From Methanothermobacter thermautotrophicus str. Delta H (GTDB lineage: Archaea > Methanobacteriota > Methanobacteria > Methanobacteriales > Methanothermobacteraceae), in assembly GCF_000008645.1 (NCBI RefSeq), contig NC_000916.1, forward strand, positions 1,440,001 through 1,472,000: a DNA stretch of 32,000 nt, given 5' to 3'. The position numbers and the translations under genes were made by a program. Below are positions 24,633 through 32,000 of this stretch, piece after piece; within the stretch, counting starts at the first letter, position 1; the number at the start of each line of letters is the position of its first letter. Below the pieces are notes generated by a model. That model made no database searches. It saw only the letters and a program-made list of their open reading frames with translations, and was not told the DNA's origin.

Positions 24633-25772
24633 TCAGAAGCCAGGGCACCTTCTGAGGTCCTCCCTGCTGAAACGTGGAATCAAAATCCGGGAGTTACCAC
24701 GAACACCCTTACCGGTGAGCCTTGTGTCAATCAACCTTAAAAATTCCAGTTTCTCAATGATCCTGTTGAAGGATGAGTAGCTTGAACCTGTGCTCTCCCT
24801 GAAGAGCTCGTAGAGGGCCCCGGCTGTCATATCCTCGCCGGCGTCTGCAAGTATCCTCAGAAACTCCCTCTCATTTTCGTTCAGGGTTCGCACCGTGTGT
24901 ATGAGATTCACGGGTCCTGTGCTCTTCAGGGCCCTTTCAAGGTGCTCCTCTCCTATCACCGGCGATGCATCCGCCTCTGCAAGGTTTCCACAGACCCTCA
25001 GGAGGTCTATACCGTAGCGGAGATCCCCGGTATCCATTGTATGGTCAGTTATCCTCTCAAGGAGCTCATCGGAAATGACACCCGGGTAGAATCCGACCCT
25101 GACACGATCCCTGAGTATGTTGAACACCTCCTCACGGGTGTAGGGAGGGAATACGATCTCCTGGGGTATGAATATGGAGTCAACATTTTTATCAAGGGCG
25201 TATCTGAACTCGATGTCTGAGAGAACAGCGAATACCCCGGTCCTCACACCCTCAAATACTTCATGGGCCCTAAGTATATCGTAGAGTACCTTGTTCGCAT
25301 TTTTACTGTAGAAGAGGTGGTTTATGTCATCAAGGGCAACCACCAGGGCCCTCTTCTCGCTGGCAAGGTGCTGCATTATGGTCTGATATATCCTTGAGAA
25401 TGGCACTCCGGTTTCAGGGGGCTGGTGCCCGAATATCTTGCTGTAGATCTGTGAAAAGATCCCGAATCTTGTGGTGTGGAGCTGACAGTTTATGTAGCAG
25501 CATACAACGCCCTCTGATGTTGATTCAACCATTTCAAATATCTTTTTTATGGCGGTTGTCTTACCTGTTGCACAGGACCCCAGTATAACCGCATTGACGG
25601 GCCTCCCATTCCTCAGGGCGGGCCTTATACACACTGCAAGGGCCTCCATCTGGGACTCCCTGTACCTGTAGTTCTCAGGAACATAGTCGGGGTCAAAGGC
25701 GTTCATGTTCCTGAAGAGGGTCTCATCATGCAAGAGTATATCCCTTATATCGCGCCTCTTATCGCCTTTCAT
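24633..25772 (-). CDS. cdc6: Orc1/Cdc6 family replication initiator paralogue
   Basis: 379 aa with the AAA+ Walker A GSCATGKT, Walker B VVALDDIN and a C-terminal winged helix. It resembles the second (Cdc6-2-type) paralogue of Methanothermobacter. Confidence 0.93.
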   Translation of the reverse strand: MKGDKRRDIRDILLHDETLFRNMNAFDPDYVPENYRYRESQMEALAVCIRPALRNGRPVNAVILGSCATGKTTAIKKIFEMVESTSEGVVCCYINCQLHTTRFGIFSQIYSKIFGHQPPETGVPFSRIYQTIMQHLASEKRALVVALDDINHLFYSKNANKVLYDILRAHEVFEGVRTGVFAVLSDIEFRYALDKNVDSIFIPQEIVFPPYTREEVFNILRDRVRVGFYPGVISDELLERITDHTMDTGDLRYGIDLLRVCGNLAEADASPVIGEEHLERALKSTGPVNLIHTVRTLNENEREFLRILADAGEDMTAGALYELFRESTGSSYSSFNRIIEKLEFLRLIDTRLTGKGVRGNSRILIPRFSREDLRRCPGF

Positions 25773-25798
25773 GGTCCTTCACGTTCATTTTATTGAAT

Positions 25799-26497
25799 TC
25801 ACCATCTCTCTATCCTGACATCCCCGTTCCTCTCAAGCCAGTCTATTAGTCTGCTGGCGTACTCAAGTTTGAGCCTTTTAACGGGATCGGCCGGTCCAAG
25901 CTCAGAGTCCATATCAGGCCTTGAGTACCTTGTCACAACCTCACCGAAGTCCATGCCTGCCAGCACTATACGACCGGCGCCGAGGGCTGCGGCAAGGAAA
26001 ACAGCGCGGTCACCATCTGTGAATCCACCAAAATTGTGGAGACAGCCATGGGGGATGCTCTGGGTTGTCCCGATGATGTTCTGGAGGAGTGGGAGGTACC
26101 TCCTGAGGGCAGGGAGGTTGTTTCCATGGGCGTGGACCACCACCACTGCCCCCTGCCGGTTTGCCTCGATTATATCCTCCATCTTACCATCGAGGTCAGT
26201 TACTATTATATCAGGCAGCACATCCTCCTCGAGGAGTGCAGTGGTGGCACCATCTGCCGAGATGACTGTCATTGGCTCATCAAGGGCCCTGAACCTTTTG
26301 AGGTGGGATCTGAGTGATGGTCCAGCCCCGAATACAATGAAGTCACTGGATGGGACATCAATGTCATCAACCCGCAGGCATCCGTGTTCCCTGAGGAAGG
26401 CGTCGAGGTATGATGCTGACTCCTCATCAGCCCTCCTGTCAAATCCAAAGTCATCAAGTATACGTGTGTACCATCTGAGCCATACCTGGACTTCCAT
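25799..26497 (-). CDS. mptE: DUF115 / MptE-like 6-hydroxymethyl-7,8-dihydropterin pyrophosphokinase (archaeal type)
   Basis: 232 aa with VFGAGPS, IVTDLDG and VHAHGNN motifs, as I remember them for the MptE (MJ1634-type) family. Confidence 0.65.
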   Translation of the reverse strand: MEVQVWLRWYTRILDDFGFDRRADEESASYLDAFLREHGCLRVDDIDVPSSDFIVFGAGPSLRSHLKRFRALDEPMTVISADGATTALLEEDVLPDIIVTDLDGKMEDIIEANRQGAVVVVHAHGNNLPALRRYLPLLQNIIGTTQSIPHGCLHNFGGFTDGDRAVFLAAALGAGRIVLAGMDFGEVVTRYSRPDMDSELGPADPVKRLKLEYASRLIDWLERNGDVRIERW

Positions 26498-26743
26498 GGG
26501 ATAACTTTATCCACATTTATATATCATTCTTTGGGTTTTCTCCTGGTGGGAGCTGGAGCTCAGGAGCCTGATTCAGGTCCCTGAAGCCGCGATCCATCAG
26601 TTAATCACCTCTTCAGGGCCCCATGACTGGCTGATTTTCAGGTCGGATTTACTGATGGCTGGCCGGGACTCATGTAAATCTTTTTAAATGGACAGATTAA
26701 AAATAGATACAGGTTATGAAATCCACTTTAATCTGGAGGTTTT

Positions 26744-27907
26744 TTGGAAATGGATGAAACACTGCTTATGATCCCCGGGCCGACGAGGGTGGCCCAGAGA
26801 GTCCTTAAGGCAATGTCAGAGAACATTGTTAACCACAGGAGCGCCCTCTTTGGCAGGATCCTGACTGAAACGACTGAGATGATGTCCGATGTTTTCAGGA
26901 CCAGCAATAAGTCTTACCTTCTGACGGGTTCAGGGACAGCTGCAATGGAAGCCGCAGTTGCAAACATTATAGAACCCGGCGATAAGATCCTGAATGTTGT
27001 TGGGGGTAAATTTGGTCAGAGGTTCGCCCAGATAGTGGAGGCCTTTGGAGGCGAATCCATCACCATAGACGTGGAGTGGGGTAAGGCCGTTAACCCCGAT
27101 GACATTGGATACACCCTAGAGGAGAATGATGATATAAAGGCAGTCACAGTAGTCCACAATGAGACATCAACAGGTGTTGCTAACCCCATCAGGGAGATAG
27201 GGAAGATAATGGACGACTACGACGCCCTCTACATAGTTGACACGGTTTCATCCCTGGGAGGGGATGAGGTCGATGTTGAGTCCTACGGCATAGACATCTG
27301 TGTTACAGGTTCCCAGAAGTGCCTTGCAGCACCCCCGGGCATGGCAGCCATAACCCTCAGCAACGACGCCTGGAGGGTCATTGAAGCTGTGGATAATCCC
27401 CGGACATACTACCTGAACCTCAAGAAGTACAGGAAGAGCGGTGACGCGGAGCCACCTGAGACACCATACACCCCTGCAGTTTCACTCATATACGCAATGC
27501 ATGAGGCCCTCAAGGTTATAATGGAGGAGGGACTCAGCAACAGGATAAAGAGGCACAAGATAGCTGCAGAGGCCACAAGGAATGCGGTGAAGGCCCTCGA
27601 CCTTGAACTGTTCCCTGATGAAGCAGTTTCATCAACAACGGTCACGGCTGTTAATCTCCCGGAGGGAGTTACAGATGGTGAACTGAGGGGGACAATGAGG
27701 AACAAGTACCATGTTGAGCTTGCAGGGGGACAGGACCACCTCAAGGGAAGGATATTCCGTATCGGTCACATGGGTAACATAACCCACAGGGAACTTATAA
27801 CAACATTTTCAGCCCTTGAGATGACCCTCAGGGAGCTCGGATTTGAGGTTGAAATGGGAGAGGCTGTTGCAGCAGTTGCAGACACCTACCTCCCTGAGGA
27901 CCTCTAA
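26744..27907 (+). CDS. Class V pyridoxal-phosphate aminotransferase (AGXT/serine-pyruvate/phosphoserine aminotransferase-like)
   Basis: 387 aa with LMIPGPT, GSGTAAMEAA, DTVSSLGG and the PLP-lysine motif GSQKCL. The start is TTG 26744 or ATG 26750, downstream of GGAGGT. Confidence 0.88.
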   Translation: MEMDETLLMIPGPTRVAQRVLKAMSENIVNHRSALFGRILTETTEMMSDVFRTSNKSYLLTGSGTAAMEAAVANIIEPGDKILNVVGGKFGQRFAQIVEAFGGESITIDVEWGKAVNPDDIGYTLEENDDIKAVTVVHNETSTGVANPIREIGKIMDDYDALYIVDTVSSLGGDEVDVESYGIDICVTGSQKCLAAPPGMAAITLSNDAWRVIEAVDNPRTYYLNLKKYRKSGDAEPPETPYTPAVSLIYAMHEALKVIMEEGLSNRIKRHKIAAEATRNAVKALDLELFPDEAVSSTTVTAVNLPEGVTDGELRGTMRNKYHVELAGGQDHLKGRIFRIGHMGNITHRELITTFSALEMTLRELGFEVEMGEAVAAVADTYLPEDL

Positions 27908-27910
27908 ATA

Positions 27911-27940
27911 TCTATTTTTTCGCGGATTTCTCCTTTTTCT
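27911..27940 (+). terminator. Oligo-T tracts (T6 at 27915..27920, T5 at 27934..27938) after the aminotransferase stop
   Basis: The sequence taaatatctattttttcgcggatttctcctttttct begins at the stop codon (27905..27907). Confidence 0.4.
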
Positions 27941-28125
27941 GGCGGACCCTAAAACATTCTCCACCCGGAATCACCATGGCCCCTGTTCGTTGACGAAGAG
28001 CTCTCCGTGTTCAGGGGTCCTCCGGGAGCCTAATGCAGTGAGGGACCTCAGAAGATCATTTTCAGACACTTAAGGGGATTAGAATTCTTTAGCACATATC
28101 CCCAGGCCCTCACCATGCAAGGGGA

Positions 28126-29700
28126 TCAGGGCCTGACCCCGGGAAGTGGTATGTCCTCCCCTTCAACCATGAACTCCAGGAGGCGGGGTTCACCTGACTC
28201 AAGGGCCCTCTCCACGGCACCTGAGACATCTTCCAACCTGAGGATCCTCTCCGCACCTATACCGTAGGCATCTGCAAGTCTAATGAAATCAGGGTTCTTC
28301 AGTTCAACAGAGTAACTGGTGCCGTAGTTCATCTCCTGCCACTGCCTTATAACATCGAGCTTCTGGTTATTCAGGATGCACATGGTGATGGGCAGCTCCA
28401 GCTCAGCAACGGTGCCAAGTTCCTGGATAGTCATCTGAAATCCGCCGTCACCCGCTATCATGATGACATCCCTGGATGGGTCTGCAAGCTTTGCACCGAT
28501 GGCCGCCGGGAGACCGTAACCCATGGGCCCGAAGCCACCGGAGAATATGAGGGATCTCTCACGGAGAACCCGCCGGTGGAGGGTCACCCAGGTGGTGTGG
28601 CTACCGGCATCGTTGACTATGGTGGCATCGGGGGCTGCATCAAGGATACCCCTCACAGCAGATGATGTTACAAATGCACCCCCACCGGGGGGCTGTAACT
28701 CACTGATGGGCGGGTTATCCCTCCGGTAGGCTGCAAGTTCCTTAAACCACCCCTCCGGTCCTTTTAATTCAGGCAGTTCCCTCAGGAAATCCCCCACATC
28801 CATCTCCAGCACAACATCACCCCTCAGTACAGAGGGGTCAGTGTTGACGTGTATTACGCGGGGATTTCCTGTGGCTGCCAGGGTCCTCTCTGAGAGCCTC
28901 GCCCCGAGGACCAGGAGAACGTCGCAGTTCCCTGCAGCATGGTTAGCTGCCGGGGTCCCCCGGGTACCGGTCATTCCCAGGCAGAGTGGATGGTCCTCGG
29001 GTATAACACCCCTTGCACTGTAGGTGGTCACCACCGGGATCCTGGCATTCTCTATGAATTCCCTGAACTCACCAACGGCGTTCCCCCAGATTACACCACC
29101 ACCTGCAAGTATAAGGGGCCTTCTCGCGGATCCCAGAAGTTCCAGCGCTCTGCTCATGTCTGGAAGCTCCCTAAACACTTCAGATGGCCCCACAGGGGGG
29201 CATGCATCCTCTTCAAGGACGTCCCTTGGCAGGTTTATGTGTATGACACCGGTAAGCCCCCTCCTGAGGGAGCTTATGGAGTCAGCCAGCATCATGGAGG
29301 CCTCATCACCACTCCCCGGGGTCATGCTCATCCTTGTAAGGGCTCTGAAAACCGCCTCAAGGTCAACCTCCTGGAACCTGCCGGGGCCCCCACCCCGTGG
29401 CAGGTCACCGGTCATGGCAATGAGGGGTACGGAATCTGTGCTGGCTGCAGCCACACCCATCACAAGATTAAGGGCGCCAGGTCCTCCGGTGGCAACACAG
29501 ACCCCCGGTCCTCCAGAGGCCCTGGCGTAGCCATCTGCGGCGTGGACGGCTCCCTGTTCGTGTCTCATGAGAACATGTTCAAGCCCGGATTTTCTGAGGG
29601 CCTCATAGAGTGGCAGTATCTGTTCACCCGGGTGCCCGAAGATATGGGTGAAACCAGCTTCCTCCAGGATCCCTGCAAGGACCTCCGCACACATCTTCAT
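28126..29700 (-). CDS. Thiamine-diphosphate-dependent enzyme, acetolactate synthase large-subunit-like
   Basis: Homology begins at MKMCAEVLAGILEEAGFTHIFGHPGEQILPLYEAL (ATG 29700). The TPP motif is GDGGFQMTIQELGTV...ILNN. The 119 N-terminal codons in the tracked 643-aa ORF are antisense to acs and are rejected. Confidence 0.85.
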   Translation of the reverse strand: MKMCAEVLAGILEEAGFTHIFGHPGEQILPLYEALRKSGLEHVLMRHEQGAVHAADGYARASGGPGVCVATGGPGALNLVMGVAAASTDSVPLIAMTGDLPRGGGPGRFQEVDLEAVFRALTRMSMTPGSGDEASMMLADSISSLRRGLTGVIHINLPRDVLEEDACPPVGPSEVFRELPDMSRALELLGSARRPLILAGGGVIWGNAVGEFREFIENARIPVVTTYSARGVIPEDHPLCLGMTGTRGTPAANHAAGNCDVLLVLGARLSERTLAATGNPRVIHVNTDPSVLRGDVVLEMDVGDFLRELPELKGPEGWFKELAAYRRDNPPISELQPPGGGAFVTSSAVRGILDAAPDATIVNDAGSHTTWVTLHRRVLRERSLIFSGGFGPMGYGLPAAIGAKLADPSRDVIMIAGDGGFQMTIQELGTVAELELPITMCILNNQKLDVIRQWQEMNYGTSYSVELKNPDFIRLADAYGIGAERILRLEDVSGAVERALESGEPRLLEFMVEGEDIPLPGVRP

Positions 29701-29769
29701 GCACCCATCTATATTCTGCCAACTATTTAAATCATGAATTAAAAAAATATTAACAGAAGGGGGTTGTTT

Positions 29770-30966
29770 ATGAGAGGACAGCTTGATGCTCTGCTCAGGG
29801 AGGAAAGGGTTTTTAATCCAGACGAGGAACTTGCAGAAAACAGCAATATAAGGGCCTGGATGGACGCCCGGGGTATTGGGGGTTATGATGAGCTCCTTGA
29901 GAGGGCCAGCTCTGACCCTGAGTGGTTCTGGGATGAGATGGCATCTGAACTCGAATGGTTCAGACCCTACACCAGGGTCCTTGAATGGGAACCACCCCAT
30001 GCCCGCTGGTTCACAGGCGGGAAATTCAACATCACATACAGTGCCCTTGACAGGCATGTTATGGGTCCTGAGAGAAACAGGGTGGCATATATATGGGAGG
30101 GTGAGGATGGTAGCGTCCGGAAGCTCACCTACTATGACCTCTACAGGGAGGTTAACCGCCTGGCCAATGCCCTTAAGGATATGGGTGTCTCAAGGGGGGA
30201 CCGCGTCAGCATATACCTCCCCATGATACCGGAACTCCCCATAGCCATGCTCGCCTGTGCACGTATAGGTGCAGTCCACAGTGTAGTGTTCAGCGGCTTC
30301 TGGGCCAAGGCCTTCAGGGAGAGGGCTGCAGATGCCGGGGCAAAGGTTGCGATCACTGCAGACGCATTCTACCGCAGGGGTAAGGTAATAAGACTCAAGG
30401 AAACCCTTGATATGGTCGCAGATGAGATCCCCTCCCTTGAGAGGGTCATAGTCGTGAACCGCATGGGGGATGATGTCAGCATGGTGGATGGGAGGGATAT
30501 CTACTGGAGCGAGGCTGTTGAGGGCATGGACGATGAATGTCCCTGCCAGGAGCTTGACCCTGAGGATCCCCTCTTCATACTCTACACCTCTGGCACGACG
30601 GGTAAACCAAAGGGTGTTGTGCACACCCATGGGGGCTACGCCGTGGGTGTGAGCTCTACCTACAGGTTCGTCTTCGATGTTAAGGACCAGGACATATGGT
30701 GGTGTCTGGCTGACATAGGATGGATAACGGGTCACAGCTACATAGTCTACGCCCCCCTCATTGAGGGTGCAACCTCGGTCATCTATGAGGGTGCACCTGA
30801 TCACCCGGATCCTGGAAGGATATGGAGCATGGTTGAGAGGTACGGTGTCAGCATCCTCTACACAGCACCCACGACGGTGAGGCTCTTCATGAAATATGGG
30901 GACAAGTGGCCTGAGAAGTATGACCTCAGAACACTCAGAATACTGGGGTCCGTTGGGAACCCATAA
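29770..30966 (+). CDS. acs: AMP-forming acetyl-CoA synthetase, N-terminal fragment (frameshifted gene)
   Basis: ATG 29770 follows AAGGGGGT; the tracked TTG 29764 is less likely. Motifs are [11 protein letters not shown] (A3/P-loop), GWITGHSY and LYTAPT. The fragment ends ...[10 protein letters not shown]-stop, in the middle of a conserved motif. Confidence 0.9.
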   Translation: MRGQLDALLREERVFNPDEELAENSNIRAWMDARGIGGYDELLERASSDPEWFWDEMASELEWFRPYTRVLEWEPPHARWFTGGKFNITYSALDRHVMGPERNRVAYIWEGEDGSVRKLTYYDLYREVNRLANALKDMGVSRGDRVSIYLPMIPELPIAMLACARIGAVHSVVFSGFWAKAFRERAADAGAKVAITADAFYRRGKVIRLKETLDMVADEIPSLERVIVVNRMGDDVSMVDGRDIYWSEAVEGMDDECPCQELDPEDPLFILYTSGTTGKPKGVVHTHGGYAVGVSSTYRFVFDVKDQDIWWCLADIGWITGHSYIVYAPLIEGATSVIYEGAPDHPDPGRIWSMVERYGVSILYTAPTTVRLFMKYGDKWPEKYDLRTLRILGSVGNP

Positions 30967-30980
30967 ACCCCGAGGCCTGG

Positions 30981-31730
30981 ATGTGGTACTACCGGACCGT
31001 TGGTGGTGGCAGATGCCCCATCATGGATACCTGGTGGCAGACAGAGACCGGGATGCACATAATAACACCCCTCCCTGTGACACCCCTGAAGCCGGGTTCC
31101 GCAGGAAAACCATTCCCCACGGTGATAGCCGACGTTGTGGATGATGAGGGGAGGAGTCTGCGTGGAAGCGGAGGCCACCTTGTGATAAAAACACCGTGGC
31201 CTGCAATGTTCAGGACACTCTTCAGGGAGCCTGAGAGGTATGTGGATGCCTACTGGAGCACATTTCCGGGCATCTACCTCAGCGGTGATGTTGCAAGGAT
31301 AGATGAGGATGGTTACTTCTGGATCCAGGGCAGGGAGGACGATGTCCTCAACGTTGCAGGGCACAGGATAAGCACTGCAGAGGTTGAATCAGCCCTTGTG
31401 AGCCATCCTGATGTTGTTGAGGCTGCGGTGGTTGGAAAACCTGACATCCTCAGGGGAGAGGAGATAGCGGCCTTCGTTACTCTGAGGGATAAAGTGGAGC
31501 CCACACCCCGCCTCAAGGGTGTTCTGCGTGAACATGTGCGGAGGGAGATAGGTCCCATTGCAAGTCCCAGTTACATAGAGTTCGTTGAGGACCTTCCAAA
31601 GACAAGGTCAGGTAAGATAATGAGGAGGGTGATAAAGGCCATTGTGAGGGGTGAGGATGTGGGTGATGTCAGCACCCTCTCAAACCCGGAATCAGTGAGT
31701 ATGCTGGAGGACAGGGTCCGTACATTCTGA
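30981..31730 (+). CDS. acs: AMP-forming acetyl-CoA synthetase, C-terminal fragment (homology in this frame extends back to 30957)
   Basis: Reads [24 protein letters not shown]...[28 protein letters not shown]...[11 protein letters not shown]. The same frame upstream of the ATG reads EPINPEAW. Confidence 0.9.
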   Translation: MWYYRTVGGGRCPIMDTWWQTETGMHIITPLPVTPLKPGSAGKPFPTVIADVVDDEGRSLRGSGGHLVIKTPWPAMFRTLFREPERYVDAYWSTFPGIYLSGDVARIDEDGYFWIQGREDDVLNVAGHRISTAEVESALVSHPDVVEAAVVGKPDILRGEEIAAFVTLRDKVEPTPRLKGVLREHVRREIGPIASPSYIEFVEDLPKTRSGKIMRRVIKAIVRGEDVGDVSTLSNPESVSMLEDRVRTF

Positions 31731-31755
31731 TGATGTCATCAGACAATTCTTTTTT
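31726..31755 (+). terminator. Stop-codon-spanning inverted repeat followed by a T6 run
   Basis: TCTGATGA-tg-TCATCAGA (31726..31743) has 8-nt arms and includes the acs TGA stop. It is followed by caattc and TTTTTT (31750..31755). Confidence 0.45.
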
Positions 31756-31756
31756 A

Positions 31757-31849
31757 TCGGAGAATCAGTACTGGTTTTCATGCCAGGCATACCGTTGCCA
31801 GTATGCCATTTGCCGATGGGAGAATCAGTTTTATTGGTTTTCATGCAGG
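31757..31849. repeat. Two imperfect direct repeats of about 31-33 nt flanking a 7-bp hairpin in the region downstream of acs
   Basis: DR1 (31757..31787) is tcggagaatcagtactggttttcatgccagg. DR2 (31817..31849) is tgggagaatcagttttattggttttcatgcagg. Between them lies the hairpin GGCATAC (31786..31792) / GTATGCC (31801..31807). Confidence 0.6.
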
Positions 31850-32000
31850 TTTTATTTTTCATCCGCGCCGCTTTCAGTTCATCAGAGGCCCGTATTTTTT
31901 GGAGAGCTTATGATGTCGTCCTGGAAGTTTTTTCGTGGCATTGCTGACTGGGAGGGCTGTCCATGAACTTTCACTCTGACCACTCAGTAAAAACTGGCCT

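Noticed and set aside
24289-25798. Replication origin next to the Orc1/Cdc6 gene
   Set aside because: I could not find reiterated ORB or mini-ORB-like repeats (for example several copies of a GTGGAAA-type 13-mer) or an extended AT-rich unwinding element in either flanking spacer. The upstream spacer is only 26 nt. This paralogue looks like the non-origin-linked Cdc6-2 type. A Z-curve or GC-skew analysis of the full replicon would settle the question.
25869-26504. Long antisense shadow ORFs: 25869..26504 (211 aa), 28939..29730 (263 aa), 29024..29530 (168 aa), 30190..30804 (204 aa), 30858..31364 (168 aa), 3820..4290 (156 aa), 2864..3298 (144 aa), 8407..8856 (149 aa), 11054..11479 (141 aa), 16950..17327 (125 aa)
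   Set aside because: Each lies entirely opposite a gene with strong family-level homology. Their Ser/Pro/Arg/Thr-rich, low-complexity composition is typical of antisense frames. None has a motif or RBS. Two of them share the peptide SISSERFSGTGSGSRPGKKPSG only because of the conversion tract.
29701-30057. The N-terminal 119 codons of the tracked 643-aa ORF (28126..30057), which would make an unusually long acetolactate-synthase-like protein
   Set aside because: Family homology starts exactly at MKMCAEVLAGILEEAGF (ATG 29700). The extension is antisense to the well-supported acs 5' region and crosses the AT-rich divergent promoter spacer (29701..29763). Its composition is Pro/Gly/Phe-rich with no recognisable domain.
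30946-30983. Programmed ribosomal frameshifting as the explanation for the split acs, NifX-like and ASCH-TPR genes
   Set aside because: None of the sites has a slippery heptamer or a downstream stimulatory structure that I can see. All three need the same +1-nt correction, at a short G run in the two cases that can be pinned down. An indel or base-calling origin is therefore much more likely.
31730-31966. 78-aa ORF downstream of acs as a real gene
   Set aside because: Its start overlaps the acs stop palindrome and terminator T-run. The peptide is Phe/Trp/Cys/Ser-rich and internally repeated because of the DNA repeats. It has no RBS.

Overview
This is a gene-dense archaeal chromosome segment of roughly 50% GC. 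It has GGAGG/GGTGA-type ribosome-binding sites and AT-rich TATA boxes. The proteins I recognise point to a hydrogenotrophic methanogen of the Methanothermobacter type: ATP-dependent DNA ligase, beta-class carbonic anhydrase Cab, archease plus RtcB, an Orc1/Cdc6 paralogue, archaeal MptE, a ferredoxin:thioredoxin-reductase-like protein fused to rubredoxin, and DUF2099/DUF1724/DUF92 proteins. I can support about 33 protein genes, one intron-containing tRNA-Met(CAU), several promoter and terminator candidates, and three repeat features. I found no CRISPR array, transposase, integrase, phage gene or defence island, so this reads as core housekeeping DNA rather than an accessory region. The observations most worth a second look are these. 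(1) Three conserved genes (acetyl-CoA synthetase, a NifX-like FeMo-cofactor-domain protein, an ASCH-TPR fusion protein) are each broken by a frameshift that adding one base would repair, at a G run in the first two; a fourth case at the mtnP 3' end is possible. (2) A 135-nt tract with a single mismatch is shared in inverted orientation by two otherwise diverged phosphohexomutase paralogues, which looks like gene conversion. (3) An uncharacterised gene pair combines a 334-aa protein made of repeated Gly/Cys modules with a DUF2099 protein. (4) A glutaredoxin-like protein, an FTR-rubredoxin fusion and an HTH regulator form a redox module. (5) The tRNA intron has a canonical bulge-helix-bulge motif, and the ligation machinery (RtcB plus archease) lies in the same window. 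(6) A candidate 55-codon membrane-protein ORF with its own TATA box and RBS sits in an unusually long 344-nt spacer. I see no convincing evidence for a wholly new multi-gene system.
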